DNA of 64,000 nt, from assembly GCF_036365525.1 (NCBI RefSeq), contig NC_090381.1:88281257-88345256 (forward strand). Direction: 5' to 3'. The notes under the pieces were generated by a model, which made no database searches, had not been told where the DNA came from, and saw nothing but the letters and a program-made list of their open reading frames with translations. This DNA is from Heterodontus francisci (Eukaryota). A program made the translations under genes and the position numbers. Below, one piece after another: positions 1 to 13,194 of the stretch (positions within the stretch are counted from its first letter, which is position 1; every line of letters starts with the position of its first letter).

Positions 1-35
1 GCCATTGCTCTAATCTATTTTGTGTTCTACTCAGT

Positions 36-980
36 TGTTACGACCAAGGCGGGAGGAGTGCACTGTTAATTCAGTGCCACTTCTCCACAGGTCACAGCAT
101 ATCAATAAATGTTCCCAATTACCGAAACAGCCAATTAGGTACTTTATTTGGCCCCAGAATAAAGCACACCAACCAGATTTCTTTAATCAACAACAAAATT
201 AACCATTCATTAAAAAACCAAGTCTTAACCAATAGAGGAGTAAATCTAGATATGAATTGATATATTAAAGCTCCTAATTTTTCTAGCGCTCATGCACATG
301 CACATACATCCAAAAACCAGTTAACCGAGGAGAAAAAAAAGGATTTTGTTTACAGCTGTTTCATAGAAATGAAAGGAATAAAAACTTAGTCTGATATGAT
401 CTGGAAGGAAGTTCTTTGGTTTGGTGAGGTGTCCCAAAGTCAAATAGTTGGATGTCACTCGAAGTTTTTCCAGGCAACGTTGATGAACAGTCTGTGATGG
501 GTAGGCATTCAAAGAACTTCAACAGTAGAAGGCTTCACATAAGGTCTTCCATCAGTTTCTTAGGTCTTACAGCAGTAGTACAGCAGCAAAAGGTTTCTTC
601 CAATATTCAGGATTTCTTAAAACACAGGAGGCAACAGAAACCACACTTGCTGCAGAGATTCTTTACAGAGAGGTAATTTCAATTGCCTGTATTTGTCCAA
701 AGCCACTGGCTTTTTAAACTTCAAAACTGAAACCAAAACCTTCCTGAAACAAGTCACAAAATCAGTCATAAATTCTCTCTTGTCATTACAAAGGATAGCT
801 TGGAGGTCAACCCCCTGCTGGTTTCCTTGAAATTACCTGCATTCCAGTTCTTGTTTACAGTTCAGCTTTTATTGAACTTCCTTTCAAAACATCCATAAAT
901 GGTTCAATGTCCACTGAAATCTTTTTCAGTTTTTAAAAACACAGAATTCTAAGTTTTAATTTTTTAAAATTCTCGTAACA
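36..980 (-). mobile_element. Probable solo LTR (Gypsy-like)
   Basis: Termini TGTTACGA...TCGTAACA form a perfect 8-bp inverted repeat with TG..CA ends. Flanks cagt/cggt are a 3/4-matching 4-bp TSD. AATAAA on the minus strand near 145 suggests orientation. No coding remnant. Confidence 0.6.
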
Positions 981-1774
981 CGGTACATTAATCTATTCTG
1001 TTTACTGTAATTTACCCTGCTCTCTCTTTGTGCACTACTCTGCTCTGTGCTGCAATCTGCTCTTAATTTAGTGTTCTAAAATAACTCCTATGCTCTATTC
1101 TATTATTTAATTGAATATAGCTTGTGGTCTAATTTGCTCTTTTCTCTGTATTACAATCTATTATATGCTTACTAAATACTAATCCATTCAGAAGAACTGT
1201 TTATTCATCCAAATATCTACAGATATGTAAACTATTGACAGGGCAAAAATTAAAATTTAGCCAGCAGTATATGAACAAGAATCTTTCCATGGCATACTGG
1301 CCTGCAGACTTCGAATTGTGAAATTATATCTCCATATGGTAGGCTGGATTTTTAGACCCCACCAGGGGCAGGAATGGAGTTGGGGGTGGGGTTGGTGGTG
1401 GAGGGGGCAAAATTTCATACTGCAGGCCTGGGTGCTGGTTTCCTGGCTCCATCTGCCCTGGGCCATTTTCCAAGAAGTGGTGCGTAGCCAATTGAGCTGC
1501 TTAAGGGCTTATTAAGGCCTGTTGTCAGAGGCCAACTGGAATTTTAGCCCTCCAGCTTTGAGAGTCCACTTGCCAGCTTTAATTGGATGGTGAGACCGTC
1601 CTCTGGCCATTAATTTGGGTAAAATCACAGGTGAGTGACTGTTTCTCTCACACTGCAGGCTTCTGATCCCCATTTGAGCCTGACAGCAGGGTCCTGAAGC
1701 CCACAGGAAAACCCTGCCTGGTGTATCAGTAACTTTGAGCAAAATAAAATTTCATTTATTTAAAATTATTGCAT

Positions 1775-3933
1775 TCAAAGTGGCCAAAGTGGACTGGGAG
1801 CAGCTACTTGTAGGAATGTTTACATCAGACCAGTGGGAGTCATTCTAAGAGGAAATGGTGAGAGTTCAGAGCCAACATGTACCTGTTAAGGAGAAGGGTA
1901 GGACGAACAAGTCCAGGGAACCCTGGATGTCAAGGGATATAAAGGATTGGATCAGGAAAAAAAAGGAGGCTTATGGCAGATTCAGAGCGCTGAAAACAGC
2001 GGAGGCCCTAGGAGTATCGAAATTGTCGGGGGGGTACTTAAAAAAGTAATTAGGACAGCGAAGAGGGGACATGAAAAAACACTGGTGGGCAAGATAAATG
2101 AAAATCCTAAGGCATTTTGTAAGTATATTAAGGACAGGATAAGCAGGAAAGAGTAGGGCCCATTAGGGACCAAGTGGCAATCTGTGCTTAGAGCCGGAGG
2201 ATATAGGTGAGGTTTTAAATGATTACTTTTCATTCTGTGTTCACTATGGAGAAGGACAATGTAGGTGCAGAGATCAGGGAGGGAGATTATGATATACTTG
2301 AACATATTAGTATTGAAAGGGAGGAAGTATTAGCTGTTTTAGCAGGCTTAAAAGTGGATAAATCCCCAGGCACAGATGAGATGTATCCCAGGCTGTTATG
2401 TGAGGCAAGGGAGGAGATAGCAGGGGCTTTGACACAAATTTTCAAATCCTCTCTGGCCAGAGGAGAGGTACCAGAGGACTGGAGGACAGCGAATGTGGTA
2501 TCATTATTCAAGAAGGGTAGCAGGGATAAACCAGGTAATTACAGGCCGATGAGTCTAACATTGGTGGTTGGGAAACTATTACAAAAAATTCTGAGGGACC
2601 GGATTAATCTCCACTTGGAGAGTCAGGGATTAATCAGGGATAGTCAGCATGGCTTTGTCAGGGGGAGATCGTGTCTAACTAACTTGATTGAATTTTTCGA
2701 GGTGGTGACGAGATGTGTAGATGAGGGTAAAACAGTTGATGTAGTCTACATGAACTTCAGTAAGGCTTTTGATAACATCCCACATGGGAGATTGGTTAAG
2801 AAGGTAAGAGCCCATGGGATCCAGGGCAATTTGGCAAATTGGATCCAAAATTGGCTTAGTGGCAGGAGGCAGAGGGTGATGGTCGAGGGTTGTTTCTGCG
2901 AGTTGAAGCCTGTGACCAGTGGTGTACCACAGGGATCGGTGCTGGGACCCTTGCTGTTTGTAGTGTACATTAATGATTTAGACGTGAATATAGGAGGTAT
3001 GATCAGTAAGTTCGCAGATGACACGAAAATTGGTGGTGTCGTAAGTGGTGAGGAGGAAAGCCTTGGAGTACCGGAGGATATAGATGGGCTGGTAAAATGA
3101 GTAGAGCAGTGGCAAATGGAATTTAAGCCTGAGAAGTCTGAGGTGATGCATTTTTGGAGGACTAACAAGGTAAGAGAATATACAATGGATGGTAGGACCC
3201 TAGGTAGTACAGAAGGTCAGAGGGACCTTGGTGTACTTATCCATAGATCACTGAAGGCAGCAGCACAGGTAGATAAGGTGGTTAGGAAGGCATATGTGAT
3301 ACTTGCCTTTATCAGCCAAGGCATAGAATATAAGAGCAGGGAGGTTATGATGAAGCTGTATAAAATGCTAGTTAGGCCACAGCTGGAGTACTGTGTACAG
3401 TTCTGGGCACCACACTATAGGAAGGATGTGATTGCACTGGAGAGGGTGCAGAGGAGATTCACTAGAATGTTGCCTGGGCTGGAGCATTTCAGCTGTGAAG
3501 AGAGACTGAAAAGGCTAGGGTTGTTTTCCTTAGAGCAGAGAAGGCTGAGGGGGGACATGATTGAGGTATACAAAATTATGAGGGGCATTGATAGATTAGA
3601 TAGGAAGAAACTTTTTTCCTTGGTGGAGGGGTCAATAATCAGGGAGCATAGATTTAAGGTAAGGGGCAGGAGGTTTAGAGGGGATTTGAGGAAAACTTTT
3701 TTCACCCAGAGGGTGGTTGGAATATGGAACACACTGCCTGAAGAGGTGGTAGAGGCAGGAACCATCACAACATTTAAGAAGTATTTAGATGAGCACTTGA
3801 AACATCATAGCATACAAGGCTGTGGGCCAAGTGCTGGAAAATGGGATTAGAATAGTTAGGTGCTTGATGGCTGGCACAGACACAATGGGCCGAAGGGCCT
3901 GTTTCTGTGCTGTATGACTGAGTTTATGACTCA
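1775..3933 (+). mobile_element. CR1/L3 LINE, 5'-truncated ORF2 (RT) plus 3' UTR
   Basis: ORFs 2219-3100 and 3116-3850 contain KSPGxDxMYPR, [25 protein letters not shown] and RPQLEYC. A TGA at 3098-3100 interrupts the frame. CR1-type tail ctgtatgact...tatgactc. Confidence 0.95.
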
Positions 3934-4029
3934 ATAAAATGTCATCTTTCCTTTGCAGCCTTAGAAGTGTGATTAGTGGGATGCATAATTAAAAGCAGTA
4001 CAATTATAATAGCATATAAAATCTGCATT

Positions 4030-5630
4030 AACATAATATGCCAAATTGGGGATATCGTTAACACAACGGAAGAATGCAACAAAATGCAAGAATTATGCCA
4101 GGAAAAATGCAAGACATTAATAAACGTGCAATGTATTTGACTCTTAAATACCTTCTGAAATGGCCACTCAATCCAAGGGCAATTTGGGATGGGCAATAAG
4201 TGCTGACCTAGCCACGACGCCCACATCCTCCATGAACGAATAAAAAAAAAAGGACGTGTTATTAGCAAATTAATTTCTATATAGCTAAGTGTGAGGTGGT
4301 GCATTTTGGTAGCAAGTCTAAAGAGGCTAAATGCTGCTTGGATAATAAGAGTCTAATCTCTCCATATATCTGGCATGGACCTAGTGGGCTGAATGACCTC
4401 CTTCTGTACTGTAACCATTTCTATGAAATGAGGTAAAGGAGCAAAGGGCTCTAGGGGTACGAATGGGCTCTTAGGGTACAAATACACAAATCAACAAAGT
4501 AATGATATAAACAAAGTAATGATATAGGTTAATAAAGCCATAAAAAGGCAATCCAAGCACTGGGTTCATTTCTAGGTTGATAGAATTGAAATCAAGAGAA
4601 ATTACGTTAAACTTGTGTCAAATCTTGGTTAAACCATGTTTGAAGTACTGGGTATAGTTCTTCATATCTCCATACAATAAAAAGTATATCGGGGCAAAGG
4701 TGTAAAAAGATACACAAAGGTGATACTTATCAGGAAAGGCTGAACAGGCTGGCACTCTTTTTCCAGAAGTAAGAAGGCTAAGGGGTGACCTGATAGAAGT
4801 CTTTAAGATACTAAAAGGCTTTAATAGGATAGATGTAGAGAAAACATTTCCACTTGTGGGGGAGTCCAAAACGAGGGGCTGTAAATATGATAGGCACTAT
4901 TAAATCCAATAGAGAATTCAGGAAAAACTTCTTTACACAAAGAATGGTAAGAATGTGGAACCCGCTACTACAAGGAGTAGTTGAGGTAAATAGGATAGAT
5001 GCATTTATGGGGAAGCATATGAGGGAGAAAGGAATAGGAGTATATGCTAATCCTTCTTGGCATTTCTTCGCGGATGAAGATTTTGAGAAGGTTGTAGTCA
5101 AGCCTATCCATGACCGGCAGATTCTCCCACAGCGGATACAAGTGAAGGTGTAGTTGCTGCTGGGGGCAATTGGATCTATCCTTCTCCTCCTTTTCTCTTT
5201 CATGCTGGTTCTTCGCTCAGTCTCAAAGGTGTTTGTAGCCCTCCTGATGTAGCATCTCCAGACATCTCGATCTATGGCCTGCGCTTCCCACTGACGATGG
5301 TCGATGTGGCACACCGAAATGGACTTCTTCAGGGACTACTTGAAACGTTTACATGGGGCCCCGCTGTTCCTTTTACCCGTGGTCAGCTCTCCATACAACA
5401 CGATCTTGGGCAGGCGACTGTTGTCCATCCGGGCAACGTGACTCGCCCAATGCAGTTGGCTTTGCAGGAGGATGGCCTCGATGCTGGTGATGTTGGCTGT
5501 TTCCAGGACTATATGCTAATAGGGTTAGATGTAAAGGGGTGGAAGGAGGCTTGTATGCAGCATAAACATCAGCTTAGACCAGCAGGGCTGAATGGCCTGT
5601 TTGTGTGCTGGAGGTTCGATGTAACTCAAT
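4030..5630 (+). mobile_element. Old degraded CR1 3' fragment interrupted by a SINE piece (4138-4252) and an RTE
   Basis: Remnant FRKNFFTQRMVRMWN motif in ORF 4854-5153. CR1 3' UTR gggctgaatggcctgttt near 5586. Confidence 0.75.
5052..5509 (-). mobile_element. RTE-clade LINE 3' fragment
   Basis: Minus-strand ORF 4811-5314 contains WEAQAIDRDVWR and CxxCGRxCRSxIGL, typical of the RTE C-terminus. Exact 11-bp TSD tatatgctaat at 5041-5051 and 5510-5520. Confidence 0.85.
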
Positions 5631-8600
5631 ATAATCTTCCAGTCAGAACACAAATAGAGTAAATAAATAGCAGCCAGTAAACGCAATGAAAACAAGAGTA
5701 GGGAGCAAAGATTAATGACGTCTGTTTCAATGTTAAGAGAGTCAATGCAAAATATTTGAAATTGTGTTAATTCTGGTCTCAGCTTAAAATAATTAATCAA
5801 TCAGTAAAAGTACTTCTCCACTTCTTCTAGTTTGAACAGTGGACTTCACCAGAAGAGCGCTTAAAAAAACTAACAGAAAGCAATCATTTCTGATCAGTGA
5901 CTCAGCCACTTAAGAGGAAATGGCTAATCCAGCAGTTCTGCTAAATACTGTTGCTTTAAACAGACAAGAATGCAATGCCTGTCCTCCAGTAAACACTCAA
6001 GGTTGTTTGGTCACCATGTGTGTGCCAGCTCCGGAAAGACTTAGAAAATGCATCTAGATTAACGTAGGAGGTGGTTTACTCATAGCACCGCTGCTCTTTT
6101 ATTCCTCTGATGGGTACTTACCTTCTTACTCTTTACTTCCTGCCTATGTAGTCCTTCAGTTCAAAAGAGCACTTGGGCTTAACTATTCCAAGTACTTATC
6201 AGTAGCATTCTGAATTTAATTTCTTTCTATCTCTCTATGTGCCCTCTCCACACTGGAAATTAGTGAATATTTCATTCCATATTACCTAAGTGCTCTGGCT
6301 GGCACGCAAATTATGTGTTCCCTTGAAATCATTCCACAGTGGTAAGTTAGATCCAATTCATGACTAAGTTGCACTTCTTATGCACCGTGCACATTGCTAT
6401 GGTCACTTTACTGCCATTGGCCAACTGACTCCACCACACCCAGTCTTCATTCAGTGTCAAATAGGCTGCTGGCCATCCTCATCTAATTCAGCACTCTAGT
6501 CAATGTCATTACTAAGATATGAAAGCTGTCACGTGTTAACAATTCTAAGAAGCCACAGGGGAGAGTTGACCGTAGTGTACAGGCCAATGCCCAGAGCCAT
6601 CGAAGACACTATCAATAATATATAGAAATTTCCAAGGACCAGAGTTGGTCCTCCTGAACAAATAATCCAATTATATATCATATCTTTATTTTAAAAATCA
6701 TTGTAAAAAGGAGAGAACAGAGCAGTTTGTAGACCTCAACTATCCATGTACAGATGGAGTGTGATGGGAATAGAGGTGATGTGGGATTCGGTTAGCTGTG
6801 TTCACAGAGAAAGGAAGGGAAGCAGAATGATGTGGCTCATGTGTGGGATTCAGACAATCATGATTTTAGGTAAACAAATAATTTTATAAAAATAATACGT
6901 TCTTAACAGTTAAAGACTGCAGATGTGAGAATATTTTCTAGCTATTTCACATGAAGAAACCTTTGTTCTTGCAACTTGAATGTATGGTTGATGTTAATCA
7001 CATACTGATTTCACTCTTTCTGCCCACCTGTTAGGAATGTGACACAGCTATAATACTCTGCAGAGTGATATTATCCCAGTAGCCTCATGCACTCTTCCAT
7101 TAGTGGCATTTCATCTTGTTAAAGTGTATAAATAATGTTGTTAATTTTTATTGAGATCAGTGTATATTATTAAAAAAGTAATATCTGGCAGAGTGATTAA
7201 AAGGTTGTAATTCAATATGATGCTTCAAATGATGCTTATAAATCTAGAAACTTTCATTCTCATTTGAATACTTCATCCGTAGTCAAAGCCACTTGTATTT
7301 CCAGCTTCAGTTGGACTTGTAATTTATAATTGCAGTAACATGTTTTCTTGCATAATTGCTCAAGATATATTATACATTGGCCTTATCTCCATTTCTCCCC
7401 CAATGCCACCCCCCCACCTTTTTTCATTTTCCTAGCCCAAGCTGTTACTGCTTCTGTCACAACTGCATCAGCTAAGGATTGGCACAATATAAGTCCACAG
7501 GTTTTCACTTATAGCTTCATTAAGCAGCTCTCTACATCAGCACATCTAAGTACAACAAATGCCACCCTCATCTGGAGGCTGAGGCTCAGCCAGATGGTAA
7601 GAAGTTGAAGAACTGCTGACAGATCTCTCTGAAGATTTAGGTTTGATTGAAAGTGAGTCTTCAGCAATACCCATTCTATCTAAAAATATGTTTAAAAGTA
7701 TGGTGATAGAGGATCAAGTCCAAAGGCTGAAAATAACACTGTTGAATTCTCAGAATGTTACTTGCTACAATAAAACTACTTGCCTTGAGAGAAATGGATG
7801 CTCATTTGACCTTAATTGAAAATTCAGAATAATCAATATCATAATCCTGATTTCATGCGGCGTGGAATCTTGCTCCAGGCTAGTTTAGATTGTGAAATTA
7901 ACCAGGCAGGTCCAAGTATTACAGTTTGAAGAAACTGCTCAATGTTCAGGACATCATGCTCACACCTACCATGTGGAAGGGAAGGAAAGGAAAGGAAGAA
8001 AGAAAGATAAAGAGAAAGCTCTTCCTGTAAACATAAAGACCATCACAGAATTAGCCACCATAGATTTGTCAAGCAAGTGACTGATGCAATGTTTGCAAAG
8101 TGCAACACCTTCATTTAACCTGTGGCAAACAAGCGTTAGCTTTAGAGAGCACAGAACCTTTACTGGGAGTCTGGATACTGGAGTGCAGGTCATAACAGAT
8201 GACACCCCGTATGGGCATCAGGGCTCCTCATCAATCCTACAAGCGGCACAAGCAAAAAAGAAACAGAAAATGAATTCAGAGGCTGTCTTAAGGATAAAGA
8301 ATCAAGGTTGGATCTTTTTGATGCCTGACTGACAATTGTCATGGGTTGGAGTCAGGAGACTGCAGTGCAAGGTGGTTAGAGATGTAAACAATCAGTCTGG
8401 TTGTTTAAAGTTGAGACAGTTGGAGATGGTTAATCCAAGGTTATCAGGCTGTCCGGCAGTTAGTTTGAACTTGAGACTGTAGGAGATCATTGATCTGGGG
8501 TTGTCCAGCTATCAGAAAGGTGTATAAAATCAGAGGACAGAAGATTTCAGGGGCATTTTAAAAAAAGTTTCAATGAGCAATATACACTAGACTTTACAAA

Positions 8601-8675
8601 ATATTGAGATAAGTTTGAAAATTCAATATCTAGGTATTAGAGGATGGTTTTTATTTTTGATAAAACGGTCTACCT

Positions 8676-9569
8676 CAGGGCTGCCCAACCTTTTCATGTG
8701 GGGGCCATGTTGCAATTTTTGTCTTACATAGGGGGCCGGTGAGGCAATTTCGGAAAGATAAAGGCATTAAAATTTTATCTTACTATTAATCAAAACAACG
8801 ACAAATGTGCATTTTTGTGAAGAAGCTTTAAATGAGAAGATTACTTAATTGACTTACTTTCTCATCACTATGTTGGACACTGATTTAGTGAGATACCTGG
8901 CATTGTTTTGCTTGCGTAAGTAGTCAATGCTTGCCCACATACTTGTAGTAGCGATGCAGATAGATGTCTCTCTGTCAAGAGTGATCTTGATCACTCTCTC
9001 TCTCTCTCTCCCACCTCTCTCTGTCTGTCCCACTCTCTCTCTGCCCCTCTCTCTCTCTGCCCCTCTCTCTGTGTCCTCTCTCTCTCCACCCTCTCCCTCT
9101 CTCTGTGCCCTCCTGTCTCTCTGCTCCTCTTTCTTTGTGTCTGCCCCCCGCCCCTCTCTCTGCACCCCCCACCCCCCGACATTTGCAGTGAGCAGGAGCA
9201 CTCAGCACAGCAACTTTGTGGTTGGTCAGTTTTTTTTAAATTCACAATGTCAGTTTCACAGCTGACAGGTGCTGAATGAGAGCGGGAACAGCGGTTTCTG
9301 AACTTTGGATAGATTTGGGGTTTATCGGCAGCCTTTTAAAAAAAAATCCAAACCCGCCGGAACACCCGAATCTGTCTGAAGTTCAGAAACCGCTGTTCCC
9401 GATGTCAGTACCTGTCAGCTGTGAAACTGACATTGCGATTTTTTTTTTAAAAAGCTGGTCTGGAAGAAGGTAATGGAAAATTTCTCATCTCTGAAATACA
9501 TCTGCGGGCTGGATGGAAATCTTTGGTGGGCCAGTTCCTGGCCCACGGACTATATGTTGAACGAGCCTG
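8676..9569. mobile_element. Non-autonomous hAT (Charlie-like) DNA transposon
   Basis: Imperfect TIRs CAGGGCTGCCCAAC / GTTGAACGAGCCTG. 8-bp TSD gtctacct (8668-8675) versus gtctatct (9570-9577), resembling the NTCTAGAN Charlie target. Confidence 0.75.
8993..9160. repeat. CT-rich degenerate microsatellite
   Basis: (CT)n runs with interspersed g/c, inside the hAT element. Confidence 0.9.
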
Positions 9570-10467
9570 GTCTATCTATTCCTCACAATCAGCAAGGTTC
9601 TTGAAACAATGATGTTAAGCATTCATAGTTTTAATAAGTATATCATGCATGCAATAGTCCTTCCACCCTCACATAATGGTTAAGGACTCAAAAATGTTAC
9701 ACTTCTAAGGTCAGTATTCAGGTTGTTCCAATCCAAATCCTTACTTCAAGCTGCCACTTTTTATACCTTTCTGAGGTACTAGTTCCTTATCAAAATATCC
9801 ATATACTTCAAGCTATGCAGACCTGATCACACCTTATTTATATGTATAGCTTTACATCTTTTAAAGGTAGAGTAGTGTCCAATGGATTGACATGATGAAA
9901 TTCAAAACATCTTGCTGTCCACTTTCTCAGGCCCCTTATCTCTTTCTCAGGATTGCCAACAATGTGCTAGTACCATGTATTATCATGTTCAAGTGTCAGA
10001 GAATAGTAAGATGCCAGGTAGGATCTGGCTTTCATTGAAATAGTGGTGTAGCAGAGAATGGGACCTCTGCTATACTGTTACTACTGTTCTTTAAACTACT
10101 GAACCTGGGAGTTTCTACCCATGTAACATAAGGATTGTCTACAATTTCTTCACATTTATGTGATTTTTTAATTGAAATACAGTTGACATATACTGAATTT
10201 GGGGATTCTCACACATTCCCTGAGATGAGGTAATGCATCCATTGAAGTAGATTTGGCAGCAGGACTGCACCCACTGAAACCAATGGACATCAGCATCATT
10301 TTCCTATTGTTGAAAGGAATAGTTATAGATTCCTGTTTGATTATTTTCCTTGCTCCTCCTCCTCTGATGGTTGTAAGCCCAAGTAGGGCATGCTTCCATG
10401 CATCCACCAAGTGGTCATGCATACACTTACTGCTATAATGCTGAAAATCAGCATTCCCAATCCAACG

Positions 10468-10847
10468 TTTTTTTAATTCATTCATGGGATGTGGGTGTCA
10501 CTAGCATTTATTGCCCATCCCTAATTGCCCTTGAGAAGATGATGGTGAGCTTAAATACAACTGTGTGGCTTGCTAGGCCATTGCAGAGTCAACCACATTG
10601 CTGTGGATTTTGAGTCACATTTAGGCCAGGACAGCAGATTTCCTTCTCTAAAGGGCATTAGTGAACCAGATGGGATCTTACAACAATCCGGTAGGTTCAT
10701 CGTTTTTTAAAATCCTGATTTAGTCAATTAATTGAATTTAAATTCCCCCAGCTGTCATGGTGGGATTTGAACTCACGTCACTAGATCATTAGTCCAGGCC
10801 TCTGGATTACCAGTTCCATAACATAACCACTATGCTACTGTTCCCCC
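10468..10847 (-). mobile_element. tRNA-headed SINE-like element sharing head and tail with the 34148-38016 LINE
   Basis: Minus strand reads head ggggaacagtagcatagtgg...gagttcaaatcccacc, then core ggaaatctgctg...tgtgactc, then tail aagggcaattagggatgggcaataaatgc. Confidence 0.8.
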
Positions 10848-11700
10848 AGGTTAATGTTTGCCTGCTCATGTTTACAGAAGAAGAGCAGCATTTTATTAGA
10901 CTTCTCATGCTCCTCAGAAGTTACCACAGCTTTGTTCCTATGATGCGCACACATCTGTCTCACACAGTTCCTGTGATTGGCAGGACAGATTAAAATTATG
11001 TCCAAGCTTTATTTCCCAACTGAGATGAGATGGGGTGCTTTGGTAGTCCTATTGCATGTCAATAGCAAGCATCGGGATATTCTTTTATTCTACTGGTGCA
11101 CCATCATACTTACACAGATAAACACAGATCTGTTATTGTTAACACCAGGACTAGGGGTGGGCTTTTCCTGAGCTTGATTGAATTAGGGCATATCAGGCAA
11201 CTTAATCAGCTGTATTTTCTATAAGTCATCTTGCAAAAGATTTCAGTTCACAGATCAAAATGAAGGCTAAATGTCCAATCCTGAATTCCTAATTGTGTCA
11301 AGATGTAAATTGCCAGAAGATGAATTTCTATCAGTTTCCCATTTCATGGCATACAATATGAATTTTATATATTGTCTAGTTAAAAACGTATTGACATGCG
11401 TAGTTATAGCTGGTGCAGTGTCTCTACAGCATGCTCCTTTATCTTATACTCAATACTGAAATATCACTTTGTAGCCAATAAAATAATCTCATTCTACATT
11501 TATAGCTACAAAAGAAGTTATTAGAACTGAACCATTACAGTTCTTTCTGATGTGCCATGTATTTTGTTTTATACGGAAAGGTCTTTTAGAAATTCAGAGT
11601 TCTTTGTTGAACAATCTAGCAGAGTATAGGTGATGAATGTAAAGGGCCACTTGTCAAAATTAAACCAGAAGTACACACAGAATTTAGTAGATATAAAAAG

Positions 11701-12400
11701 TGGGCCGGATTTTATGGGCCTACTGAGACGGGGCCAGAAGCAGGGGCCCATAGAATCACAATGGGAGGCAGGGGGGCAGAGGGCCCGTTGCCACCCCGAC
11801 CCCAAGCGATTTTGCCAGGGGTGGAATTGGCCGCAATGTACTTCCCACCCAGCGGCCAATTGAGGCCCTTAAGTGGCCTATTAATGGCCACAAGGGCCTA
11901 CCCCTCCCCCCACCCCCCCCCCCCACCCTCCAACCCCTGCTGCTGGGATTTAACCAGCGGCAGGGGGGTGCCTATGCTATGTGGGGAAGGTGCCTTGTAA
12001 TATGAGAGTCCTCCCTGAAATCTGTGGCCCACAGAGGACCCTGCTGGCAAAGCCTCCACCCCACCTCCATGGACCTCCCTCGCCAGGGCCTTCCGGACTG
12101 GCCCTGGTGACCCCACCTCACTCCAGGGCTGGTCTGGGTCCAAGGCCTTTGCAGTACTGGAAGTGGCCACCACTCCCAGTGGCACTATCCGATACTGCTG
12201 AGCTACCGGCCCTATGATTGGCCAGCAGTTCTTGGAAGTGGGATCCTTTCCATTAAAGGGCCGGGGATCCCGAGGCTGGAAACTTCATTTCCGGAACAAT
12301 GAAGGAGCACGCTGGGGTGAGGAGTGGGGGGAAGGGCTTGAAAAGGCCGAGGCGGGTTTCCCCCCGCCTTTTCAGCCCATCTCCGGGGGCCTCGTGGGAT
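11701..12400. mobile_element. GC-rich MITE-like repeat
   Basis: Starts gggccggattttatgggcc. Shares aattgaggcccttaagtggcc and gattggccagcag blocks with copies at 56484 and 62771. Confidence 0.6.
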
Positions 12401-13194
12401 GAATATTTGTGTAGCTAAATGAGATACTTTTATATCAGTTCTTGCCCCTTGTAATTTATAAATAACCTGAATGAAGCTATCAAAAATAAGTTGGTAGATA
12501 ATAAAATGTATAATACATGGATGGAAAGCAAATAATTAGAAGCAATGCAACTAAATGCCAAGCAATTTCAATTGAAATGTAGATAAATGTAAAATAATTA
12601 GGATGGGAGCAAGGGACTAAATTATCGAACATGTACTGAATGGACTCATTGAACACATCAGTCCAGTAAATGGATGAACTGAAAATAATCAAACAAGATT
12701 TTATGCATCATTACCTGCTAGTCTGGGACAAATGGCCAAAATCAGGAGCACTTAATTTTATAGTCCATAGCCCTATGAATATTCATTTAACCTAACATTT
12801 TTCATTTTTATACTATTTATGTGCTTTGGATGAGTTTCATGCATTGCTCCAATATCAATATCTTTGCATAGCTTTATTGCACATGAAACATGAAATTGGA
12901 TTGCAATGCCTGTAAAAAGCTAAGTACAAGAAAATGTTATTCAGCCCATCCAAGCTCATCTTTCTAGTGTGCTAGCTCTCCCACTGTAGGGCCCAGCAAC
13001 TTTTTGAATGTCCCTAATGTTTATAGGTCCAATTTTCTTCTAAAGATATGCAAGTTTCCCAGTTTAACCCCTGACAGCTGCAGTAAGCTCAGACTTGTCA
13101 CCCTTTCCCTACTTACAGCTCAGTGCTGATTAAAAAGCTTTGCTGTTATTAGCTGGCCTGATGGCTGGAAACTATATTGTCCAGGTTAACACTA

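Noticed and set aside
2219-3850. Active or domesticated reverse transcriptase gene
   Set aside because: 5'-truncated CR1 with an internal stop at 3098-3100 and upstream frameshifts.
4493-4526. 17-bp tandem duplication aacaaagtaatgatata
   Set aside because: A local slippage duplication within a dead CR1, with no functional indication.
8854-9265. Overlapping ER-rich and LS-rich ORFs
   Set aside because: They are translations of a CT/GA microsatellite.
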